From: Phaeosaccion multiseriatum
Lineage: Eukaryota > Protista > Ochrophyta, other classes
Reading direction: 5' to 3'
DNA length: 64,000 nt
Assembly: GCA_965112735.1 (NCBI GenBank)
Contig: OZ218958.1
Location: 434,001 to 498,000 of the forward strand
Shown here: piece by piece, positions 11,223-21,323 of the stretch
How positions within the stretch are numbered: position 1 is the stretch's first letter
Layout: the number at the start of each line of letters is the position of its first letter
Translations under genes and position numbers: made by a program
Notes under the pieces: generated by a model
What the model was told of the DNA's origin: nothing
Databases searched by the model: none
What the model saw: only the letters and a program-made list of their open reading frames with translations

Positions 11223-14200
11223 GGATGGATTCCTCGTCTACCTGCCCTGCTCGCCTCGTCCTCATCCTCTTCCTCCTACTCCTCCTCTTGCCCCTCCCCT
11301 CCCTCGCGGCGTCCCTCCCTCCTCTCCCCCACTACCCCCGCCTTCACCCCTCCCACCCGACTCACAGGGGCTGACGCCGGCCCAGCACCAACCCGACCAC
11401 TACCACCACTGATACCTCCTCCTTTCCTCTCCTGCCCGTCCCTGTGACGGGGCTTCCAATGGGCCTCTGCTGATACCCAAGCCCAATGCCTTGTCCTCCC
11501 CTCCCACCCCCTCTCCCCCTCCTGCTGTTGGTGATACTGAAGCCATTTGTGACGCCCCACTCCCCCTCCTCCTGAGTGTTGGAGCCATAGACAGAAACAG
11601 AGGCAGAGCTTCTCCCCCCCCCCCCCAATGGCGAGATTGAGAACGCTCCGATGGCTCATGCTCCCCCCTCCCCCTGGCCCTCCACCCAGCGTATCCTCCT
11701 TCCGCCCCCTCCCCTCCGCCCCGGGGGATCGCGAGGCCCGGAACGATCGCAGACCGCTCCGCGCTGAGTCCAAGGGGGTAGGGCGAAGCTGTTGTACCGA
11801 TCTGGAACGGTCTCTGTGCAAGGAAGGCACTCCGGTGGCGGCGGCGGGAGGAAATTCTTCGATGATGCGTACTTGTTCTCTGGCAGCAGAGGAGAAAGGG
11901 GGTAAAGGGTGGACAGAGGTAAGGGGGAGGAGAGGGTGGAGAGGGTGGAGAGAGAGAAGAGAGGGGGAGGAAAGGTCGTCAGGGTGGACGCTAAGTCAAT
12001 GAGTGGAAGGAAAGAAGGAAGGAAGGAAGGAAGGAAGGAAGGAAGGAAGGAAGGAAGGAAGGAAGGAAGGAAGGAAGGAAGGAAGGAAGGAAGGAAGGAG
12101 GTAGAGAGGAAGGAAGGAGGTAGAGAGGAAGCATATGTCGCGAGGGGTAGAGCAGAGCGCACCACCGTGCTGTGGGGAGTCACCCCATCGTTTCGTCGGT
12201 GCATCCCCTCGTGCGTTGGATCCATGGCATACTCTATCCTCTGCCATATCCCTCACCCCCCCCCTCCGTCACCCCTTCACCCCTCCTCCCCCCTCACCTT
12301 CCATTGACGGCGAACATCTTGCCGCCCTCGATGAGCTCTGCCCTCCTGTCCAGTGCCATCTCGATCTGCTTACCCCACTCCAGCACATCGTCTCGAGATA
12401 CAACAGTTGGTGGTACAGCAGCAACAGCCGTCACCGGCCTTGCTCCTCCTCTGGCCGTGCTGAATCCCACCACGTCTTCGCCGCGATGGCCGCTGCTCGC
12501 CGCTGCTGCTTCTTCTCCCGACGACTCCGAAGCTTGGCCTTTGCGATGAGAGATGGGGAGTAGAAAGGAGTGGGATAGAGCCGTGTAGAGCAGGATGGAG
12601 CAGACATGAATGGTGCGGCAGAGCAGCAGAGGAGCAGAGCACACGTGGGACCGGGTACGGGGTGCGAGGGCATCAATTACTCATTCAATACACACGTCGC
12701 TGTCTTCTCTGCTGCGAGACCTCACTGCCGTGCTGGCGACGCTGCTATCCTTCTTCCTTCCTCCCCCCCCCCGCTCTCGCTCCATCACTGCCTCCCGCAC
12801 CCATTCACTCCCACTCGCTCACACCCTCCCTCTATATCACCAACTCCCTCCCTCCCTCCCTCCCCTCCCTCACCGCAGAGGCTTGGCCGGATTGCCGCTG
12901 TTGCTGCAGAACCGCCGCCGCCCCCCGCATCAGCAGCCCTCCCTCTCTGCCGCCCTTGCCCCCTCTGCGCTGCTGCTGCCTCTGTTCGTTCCGCCTCTTC
13001 ATGGCGCGGGCGCTGAGAGCGCTGCCTGGCCTGCTGTCGAAGCAGAGCGGTGTTCGCGTCCGTGGCCCACGGACGGAGGGAGGGGAAGGGGGGAAAGGAG
13101 AGAGAGAGAGGGAGGGAGGAAAGATGGGAGAGAGAGGCAGGTGACGAGAGCGAGGGAGAGGGGAGAGAGAGGGAGAAGGAGGGAGAGAAAGCGAGAGAGG
13201 GAGAGATAAGAGAGAGCGAGAGCGAAGATAGAGGGGCAGAGAGAAAGAAGGACGAAAAGGACTCAATTGTTCATCATCCACCTTGGCGCCTTTGCGCCTT
13301 TGCCTACCTCCCGGTCTGAATTCAGAGGGTAGGTATCAGTCTAGCAAAAGCTCGACTTCTAACACCCCCAACATCCTGGTACCGACCCCCCTCCATCCCC
13401 ACTCGGCCTTGACAGCTGCCGTCATGCTATCATTCAGCCTTCAGCCCTCAACTTTCATCCACAGCCACTTGCTTCCTTCCGTACCTCCTCACCCTACCCC
13501 CCCTGGGTCTGCCCGGCGCCCCCCTCCATCGGAGGCCGAGCGCTGGCAGTCGCCAGGCCGAGTCGTCTGTCCCCGCCTAGAGCCCTCCCCTCTAGTCGCT
13601 CGGGTCCTCCCTCCTCCTGCGTAGTCCTTCTCCTCCTCCCCCTGAGCATCTCCAGCTCCCGCTGCAGGTCCTCATACTGCTGCACACGGCCAAAGTTGGG
13701 TATCGCGAGACCCATGCGCTGCAACAAGGCCGCGTGGGAGGACGAGGAGAAGGAGGAGGAGGCACCCCTCACCCCTGCTTCCTCCAGGGGCGCGCCTTCG
13801 ACATCGACATTGACATCGGCATCGGCATCGAGTTCGGTTTCGAGTTCGTCTGCAGGCTCTCCTCGCGACGGCATGAGCTCCTGTCTGCCCGGAGATTGAA
13901 CGAGTTTGAGCGGCTGTGGGGGTGTGGGATATGGGATATGGGAGGTGGGGTGGGCGGGGGAGGGGAAGGGAGTGGGCGAGTGGAGCTCTCCTGAAGAGGA
14001 GGTGAGGCTGTAGCTAGCCGAAAGCAGGGGGATCACAGCTTAGCTCGCTCACGCACCCCCCACGCACTCGCCACCACTCACCTCAGCATTCGTGGTGCTC
14101 CACGGGGCCAGGCCCACGGAATCGGTCCAGGGGTGCTGGAAGAGCAGAGCCGTACCGGGGGAGGGAGTGCTGATGCCCAGGCCCTGCAAGAGAATGAGGA

Positions 14201-15311
14201 CTCCGCTGGTCTCACGGGCGGGAGAGGAGTCCATACAGCGGCTCCTGCTCCTGCTTGCCCTTCTCCTTCTCCTCCCACTGCTCCTGCTGCTCCTGCTTCT
14301 TGCGCTGCTAACTGCCGCGGATGCTGCTGGAGCTTCTGCTCGTCCACTCCCCCCTGCTCTTTCTCCTCCAGCGGTTGCTACTGCTGCCCCAAAGCCCCCC
14401 TTGTTCTGTGCCCCGCATCCTCTATTGACCCGTCCTTCTCCCTCGTCATTCTCGGATGTTCCCAGCGGCATCAAGACTGGGGAAGTCGTGGTGCGAACTG
14501 GACACGTGCGGAGGAGGGGCACAGTCTCTTGGTAGTCATCACAAAGACGTCTTCCATTGCGGGCGATAGCCCCTTCACGCCCCCGGCCGGATGAGGAGCC
14601 GAGGCGCTCATGGGAGTCCGGTTGAGGCTTCGCCGTGAAGCCGTGTGGATGGAAGCCATGAAGGAAAGGAGGGGGAGGGGGTGGGGAGATTTTGGGGGGG
14701 AAGAAGGCAGAGAGGTTAGGCCGGTAAGTACCGCGAGTAGAAGCGGACATGATGCGAGGAGGGGAATGACAGCCTCCAGTAAGTGCATAGAGCAAAGGAC
14801 GCAGTACCTTGCCTAGCCTTTCCTCACCTTTTGAGACTCGTGGGAAAAGCTGGGTGGACCGGAGGAGAAACGTGGAGGAGCGGATGAGCCCATCACGCCT
14901 AGCAACAGCCCGGATGGAGAAGAAGCGGCAGGAGCAGCAGTAGGAGCCGCGTCGCAGCAGCAGCCACGAGAATGAGCTCCAAAGGCTGGGCCTTGCAAGT
15001 GTCCTGGTCGATCATTCTCGTCGTTGCCCTGAGCTGGCTGCGGTCTGCTTGATCGTGTGTCGCGTAGCCATTCCACCTCCTCTGGCTGCGTGTTGCGTGT
15101 GCTGCCTACGCCATCTCCAAGGTTAATTGAGGGGCCTCCCCCTGGAGATCGGGATCTGTGATTTGAGTATTCAAGCCCCCCAATGCCTCCAGAGGCCTCC
15201 AACAGCTTTATAACACGGGGAGGGCCGTGACAGGCAGCACAACCGACTACTGCGCCCACTGTGGGCCCCTTGTCAGCACTACCATCTCAAGGGCGGGGCC
15301 GCTTGCTCACC

Positions 15312-16020
15312 ATGGCGCAGCAGGCAACGTTAACGCCCGAGGTACGACCTAGCGCCCTCTTGTAGGACGACTCACTGTGCTTCAGAGAGAAGTGCAAGAC
15401 GAGAGGGGAGGATGGTAGACACGACAGATGCGGTAGGCAGCTCCCATAACGCTCCCGAGGCAGTGACGAGCTTTCTGCTGATCCCTGTACGTGTCTCTCC
15501 TCCGCTTTTGAAGCACAGTGAGAGGAGGACCGGTGTGAACAAAAGCGAGGGGGGGGCTTTGCGGATACGATCCCGGAGGTGGGATGCTAACGTATCGAAG
15601 CAGTCAGCACCTTCCTGCTGATCCCTTTTATCCGATGTATGTGCCGTCTCTTTCCCCCGACATCGTTTCCCTCAACAACGCCAGGCGCGGCAGCTGGGGC
15701 AGGCCCTGAAGAGCAAAAGCAGCTTCCCCAATGTGAGAGCGCTGATTGGGAAGCTCATCGCCAAACATGGGAAAGCAAGTTTGGATCAGCCTATCTACGA
15801 AGAAGGATATACCGCAATGGGCAGGGCTGCACAACACGGTCGGCTGGATGTCATGGACCTTCTGCTGCGGGAAGGGGCCTCCTTCAGCACCAGACAGGGA
15901 CCTCGCGGAAGCACGCCGTTGATAGCCGCTAGCTTAATGGGACACGATCAGGTGGTGAGGCGGCTGTTGGACATGGAGCCCCTGTCCACCAAGCGGTTGC
16001 CGGAGAATTTACTCCCTTGT
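15312..16020 (+). pseudogene. Ankyrin-repeat gene copy 3, truncated; join(15312..15341,15685..~16020)
   Basis: Same mini-exon and acceptor as copies 1 and 2. A 1-bp deletion at ~15975 (atggag vs atgggag), then homology ends at ~16020 after about two repeats. Confidence 0.85.
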
Positions 16021-16022
16021 TG

Positions 16023-16127
16023 TTGGGAGTGCGAGGACCGCTCTACCAAACCGACGAGGAGCGAGGACATCGCCGCTGAGCTGACGCGGCTTCTGATGGA
16101 GACCGGGCTGCCGGAATCGACGACTAT
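16023..16127 (+). repeat. Left copy of an imperfect ~90-100-bp direct repeat (right copy 19719..19809)
   Basis: 46-bp identical core cgccgctgagctgacgcggcttctgatggagaccgggctgccggaa at 16071-16116 and 19756-19801, with degenerate similarity on both sides. Confidence 0.9.
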
Positions 16128-17275
16128 CGCACTGCTCTGGACGAGACGGGCGTGTTTGTCTTTTTCTGCTCCTCGCAGGGAGACTGGCTGCACCAATTTG
16201 ATGAGAGGCGGAATTTCCTGACCCCGCCGCGTGGGCCCATGATGCCCGCACGGACGCTGTCCTCGCCGCCGCCTGCTTCATCCTCTGTTGGTCCCCTTCG
16301 ATCCTCCCAAGCGTACAGGACAGGGCCGCCCTTGGAAGGAAGTACGTCCGCGTTGGGACTGGAGTGCTCAGGAAGCACATGCTCCAACGCGGTCTTTGCT
16401 TGCTTGCTTGCGCCCTTCGGCAGTGAAGACTGCAGCAGCAGCTCCCTCATCCGTGAGTGGACCGATCCGTCACACGGTCGGTGCACGCCAACGGGCATCC
16501 GTGCAACTGCCAGGACTGACTCAAGGACTAGCAATCCTAGCAAGGTCACTGCTCTAAGGCTTGGAGCTCGACTGGCTCACTCATTGACTTGGTCACTAAC
16601 TGAGGCGTGGCTGGAGCCCAAGGCGGTGCGCCACTCGCTGCCCGCCCCCCCTTTGTGAAGTCGCCAATCAACTGCTCAGGGCTGGGGGCACCCCTGGGGA
16701 GAGGAAGGGACCACGCACGTAAGAGCGAGGGCGCATGCACGCGCGCTCGCACGAGAGGGCACAGGCAGAGGCGGGCAGATGTGTTGTTCGCTTTCCTTTG
16801 ACTTATTGTGGACATATGCACCTTGTGTGATGGTATGGCGAGGAGAGGCGCCCGAGTCGAAGGTGCACTCATGCTGCTGCTTCTCGGCCGCCGGTCAGTC
16901 ACTTCTACCTCTAACTTTAACTGTGAATACTGCTCAAGTACATTATATCAACTGTCAGACTGTAAGCTCCAACTTTACGTTAAGAAGGGGGGGCCTCTCA
17001 TCCACCTCGCGTGTGCTCTGTGCACGCCGATTAAAAGATCAGGCATGCAGCTTCCGCAGCCGCGGTCCGGTGGTCCGCCCTCTCTCGTCGCTTTCTATCG
17101 TCTCTAACTATATACCCACCCATCCACTCCTCTATCTCTCCATCTGTGCCTCTCTTTGTCTCCATCCATCTATGTATGTTTACCGTCCTTCCCCCTCAAA
17201 CTCCTCATCCTTCCCTTCCTCTCTCTAGCTCTACGCGCCTCTCCCACCATACCTCGATCTAACCCTGCCTCCTGC

Positions 17276-19115
17276 TCAATCTTGAGCAGGCGGGAGGCAC
17301 CCCTCCTCTGCGCTTCCCCAGCTGCAGCGGAAGGCGGAGGTACTCCAGCACTCACATGCAGCCCGTGTGGTGAAAGCCCCGCAGCTGCCGAGCCATCCCA
17401 GCGCAGGGCAGTCCAGCGTGCCCACCGGGGGCGGAGTGGGAGAGGAGGGAGGAGGGGTAGGGGGCGATGTAGGGGCACCGTCAGGCGGTGTGGGTGCGGG
17501 CGTGGGACTGCTACTTGAGTCTGCGCTGCGGCACCCGCCAGCGGCCCAGGAGCACTTGAAGGTGGAGGCCGCCCAGCACGAGCAGGAAGGAGCGTCGGTG
17601 AAGGCGGCGCAGTCGCCGCGCCAGCCCAGCTGCGAACAGTCTACCGCCGCCGGAGATGGAGCCGCGGTCGTGGTGGCATGGGCGGGAGTGGGACTGCTAC
17701 TCGAGTCTGCGCTGCGGCACCCGCCAGCGGCCCAGGAGCACTTGAAGGTGGAGGCCGCCCAGCACGAGCAGGAAGGAGCGTCGGTGAAGGCGGCGCAGTC
17801 GCAGCCCAGCTGCGAGCAGTCTACCGCCACCGAAGATGGAGCCGCGGTCGTGGTGGCAGGGGCGGGAGTAGGAGTGGAGGTTGGCGGAGACGTGGAAGGG
17901 GCCGGGGCCGGAGTAGGAGTGGACGTTGGCCCAGCCGTAGAAGGGGCCGGCGTTGGAGAGCCGGTGGACGATGAGCCGTCCGCGCAGGGGATGGAGGAGT
18001 AGACCCCCTCACCCCCGCAGAAGCGGCACACCTGATTGCCCCCTACCCCACAGCCCAGGCAGGCTGGGTCATCCTTCTCACATTCCGTGCAGGCCACGTC
18101 AAGGAGGCACGGCTGAGAGGACGAGCACATGGAGGAGCAGTAGTACGGGTCTTTGCAGAAGGAGACGAGTCTCTGATTGTTTACCCAACCTTCTAAGTAA
18201 GGGTCGTAGTACTCCAAGTCGTTGAAGTCAACAAGGAGGCACGGCGGATAGTTGGCGCAGATGGAGGAGCAGTAGTAGGGCGCTTCGCAGGAGGTGACGA
18301 CGCTCTCCACCACACCCATGTAAAAAGGGTCTATGTCGTCAATGCTGGCCAGGCGGGCGGTGTCGAAGGAAGGCACGCCGGGACCGATCACTGCGGAGGA
18401 GTGGCCGAGGGTATCGAAGGGAGGAGTAAGGGAGGGAGGGGGGGGGAGGAAGTTTCTTGCGATCACTCACTGGGCAGAACTCACCCACAAAGTAGGAGGA
18501 GTAGTCAGGCGTGCACAGGTGAAGGACTTCTCGGTCACACGTGCGGACGCAGGAGGTGACTCCCATGGCGATCGCGGCAAGGGTGCGTTCCATACGGTAA
18601 TAACCGCCGGAGGAGCAAACGGCTCCTCCGCGAGTTCCGGTCCACCGCACGCGGACATCACCATCCTCCCCTCCGGCTCCGTTGCCGCACTTGACGGAAA
18701 TGTCCACCGGCGCTGGGAAGCCAGCGTCCACCAGCAGTCGCGTTAGTTGAACATCGCTGTCCACCTCTCCCGTGCCCGTCTCTGCTGTCTTCCACGTGAA
18801 GGAGGTGAGGTCGAGTGCCCAAGGCTCAAGCTCGATTCTGCAGAAGTTGGCGCCTCTGCCGGTGGTGCCAGTAGTAGTAGTGGTGGTGGGGACGTCCAAG
18901 ATGACCTGAGCAGCCCGGACGAAGGCCGAGCAGCTGGACCCTGAGTAGTCGATGGAGAGCGCGTCCGCCACCTCGCATTCAACCTGCTGGGCGTCGCTCT
19001 CTTCAAGGCAGTCCACGGAGTCGTCGGGGAACGAGAACGTCAGTTCCACCCTGCTGCTGGCCACCACAGCAAGCCGCTGCAGCACCAGCAGCAGAATCGC
19101 TGCATTCATCATCAT
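17276..19115 (-). CDS. Secreted Cys-rich modular protein with Pro/Thr/Ser stalk; complement(join(17276..18390,18485..19115))
   Basis: Signal-peptide-like start MMMNAAILLLVLQRLAVVASS. A 94-bp phase-1 intron (G|GTGAGT ... tccgcag|TG) joins ORFs 18339..19157 and 17276..18466 in frame. Contains two PYYCSSxC repeats, a GCxxxGxxxCRFCG module, a PTPAP stalk and three 6-Cys modules. Confidence 0.8.
17500..17866. repeat. Intragenic tandem duplication (~180 bp x2) encoding the DCSQLG..CAAFTDAPSCSCWAASTFKCSWAAGGC module
   Basis: Near-identical DNA blocks start at ~17500 and ~17684. Confidence 0.9.
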
Positions 19116-19718
19116 CTTCTTTAGCTTCTTTCTCTCGTTGTATTTCGTTCTTTTCATTTTAAGGACTCTTTCCTGTCACTGCCTTACTATCGTTCCCACC
19201 CGCTCTTTGAGTATCTTTTGTGTATCTTTCGCGATCTTCCGACGACCCTTCCAGAGTCCCCAGTCGGCTGCTGCCGGCCGGCCCGATCGTCGTCGGGCGG
19301 GCATGTGGATCAAGGTCAGCTACCGGTAGTCGGCCCCTGATAAGGTTCTGAGGTTCTGGTTCCAGGTTCTGGGGAAACCATTGGAAAAAGGCAATGATGA
19401 GGGCCAAGGCTGCTCGTCTGCCAAGCATCGCCAGCGGGCCAGGTTCCAGAGGCCCTTCCCTTGTCAGGGGCCGACGGTAGGTCCCGGGCCGGCGGAGAGC
19501 TGGACTCCCCGCACCGCGACGATGAGCTAGAGTGCACCATTGTGGATGCCATCTCTTTGGACACATCTGCCACTGACCCGCCCAGAGAACTGCGAAGCCT
19601 AAGTTGTTGTTCGGGTGTACCCCCTCGTAGAGACGATCCCGACGAGCGACGTGGGGCTGGCTGTGCGAAGCAAGTGTTCTTCTTCCCCTGGGCCCCCTAC
19701 CGACGACAACCTCTTCAC

Positions 19719-19809
19719 TTGGGAGGGCCGCTATCAAACCGAGGAGGACATCGGCCGCCGCTGAGCTGACGCGGCTTCTGATGGAGACCGGGCTGCCGGA
19801 ACCGACTAT
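19719..19809 (+). repeat. Right copy of the direct repeat at 16023..16127
   Basis: Shares the 46-bp identical core with the left copy. Confidence 0.9.
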
Positions 19810-20295
19810 GGACCAGCTATCAGTATGCGCCAGCCGGCACGCTATCAGCTATTGATGGGTGCCAATGATGGCGCGCTTTTGGGCCCGAACAAGGGCCAAT
19901 GGCGCAGCTATCGGCGATAGAGTTTAACAGCGCATCAGGAGTCGATGATAAGAGCCTTCCCAGCCAACACAGAGAAGGTTCCATAAAGGCACACCATGCT
20001 GTCTTTGTCGCTGTTTCTCCCTTTGTCGCTGCCTCTTTCGACGGGCGCCCTTCTGATTTGCCTTGCTACCCTGCCCTGAGGAAGCTGGCTGCGCCTGATC
20101 GCGTTGTCCCTTTTTTGGCATTATCAGCCGTCTTATGCTTGAAGAACTTTCGGATGTCCATCGCCTCGTCTCTCTCTCACCCCTTTGCAGGGCTCGCATT
20201 GTCCACATGCAACAAGAATAAAGCTCGCGCAAAACCGTGGACTTGGACCTTTGTCTCCATAATCTTATTTCGCGATAGGCCTCGAAGAGAGGAAG

Positions 20296-20449
20296 TGTTG
20301 GGATATCTCCCTCTCTGGAGACTAGCGTCGTACTTGCACGGGTTGTGGGAAAGCGTCTTATTAACTCATTACCAAATCAAGGGAGTGATCGGATATGTAC
20401 CGGCGATATAGAGATCGATATCCAGTGTCGACATCGATTTATCTCAACA
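20296..20449. mobile_element. Solo LTR (154 bp) with 5-bp target-site duplication GGAAG
   Basis: GGAAG|TGTTGGGAT ... ATCTCAACA|GGAAG: TG..CA ends, an 8/9-bp terminal inverted repeat, and a perfect 5-bp TSD (20291-20295, 20450-20454). Confidence 0.85.
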
Positions 20450-20545
20450 GGAAGACTCAACCTCGTGTCGCCCTTACCTATATTCTCCTCGATGATGGCG
20501 ATCGCATAGCTCGTCGGGTATGTCGAGCATTCCCCCCAAGGCTCG

Positions 20546-20951
20546 ACCCTTGGACAAGGTTATCTGATTACAGGAGTTGGTTTATGACTGATTACGGCCG
20601 GCGCCAGCCGGCCTGATTACTGATTGTGGCGCCGGCCGGGCCTGATTACTGATTATGACCGGCGCCAGCCGGCCTGATTACTGATTATATGGCGCCAGCC
20701 GGCCTGATTAGCGCACACTGTAATCGGCCCTGGACAAGGTTATCTGATTACTGATTACGGCCGGCGCAGCCGGCCTGATTATGATTACAGCCGGCGCCAG
20801 CCAGCCGGGCCTGATTACTGATTACAGCCGGCGCCAGCCGGGCCTGATTACTGATTATGACCGGCGCCAGCCGGCCTGATTACTGATTATATGGCGCCAG
20901 CCGGCCTGATTAGCGCACACTGTACAGTAACCTTGTCCAGGGTGGACAAGG
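20546..20951. mobile_element. Inverted-repeat-bounded minisatellite (possible MITE/foldback-type element)
   Basis: ACCCT(T)GGACAAGGTTA at 20546 and CCCTGGACAAGGTTA at 20728; the reverse complement TAACCTTGTCCAGGGT lies at 20928-20943. The interior is ~30-bp units of ctgattactgatta + gccggcgccagccggc. No TSD found. Confidence 0.6.
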
Positions 20952-21323
20952 CCTTACGTAATCATCATGCCGCACGGCTATGCCAAAACCAAGTCAAATG
21001 CCAATCGCGCGTAATCCCCCGGTGGGACAGTGGCTTATGCCCCCTGAAGAGGTCTGTGATCCTGGACCATGCCCTTGTTTACAGCTGGCCGTGCTCTGGA
21101 GTTGTCGGAGAGTGAAAAAAAAAAAAAAAAAAGCGAAGGGAGAAAAGTCAATGAAAGCCCCGGGGGATCCCCCTTTCTCCTCCAACACAGAGAGAGAGAG
21201 GTGGGAAAAAGTGCGGGAGAAACAGAGAGAGGAGCGGGAGCCAGAGCCCCCAAACTGAAGGAGGGGTGGGAAGGACGAGTCCTTACGGGCATCGGGGGCG
21301 GTGGGGGGCTGGAGGGCTCTTGG

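Larger units (their letters stand above)
1..16020. repeat. Tandem segmental duplication, ~6.7-kb unit, three copies (first and third incomplete)
   Basis: Homologous blocks recur. Ankyrin ATG exon at 1870, 8657, 15312 (spacing 6787 and 6655). (AAGG)n at 1, ~5273, ~12015. The 'ttgggtatcgcga..cccatgcgctgcaacaagg' block at ~998, ~6924, ~13696. Unit 1 lacks segments present in units 2/3. Confidence 0.95.

Noticed and set aside
16240-16295. DARTDAVLAAACFILCW resembling a TFIIB/cyclin helix
   Set aside because: Isolated low-information match with no supporting domain.
19690-19730. Peptide PTDDNLFTWEG resembling a ubiquitin-conjugating E2 motif
   Set aside because: Too short, with no downstream HPN or catalytic Cys region.
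20546-20951. CRISPR-like array of short palindromic repeats
   Set aside because: No unique spacers, units abut each other, no cas genes, and the context is eukaryotic; it is a minisatellite.
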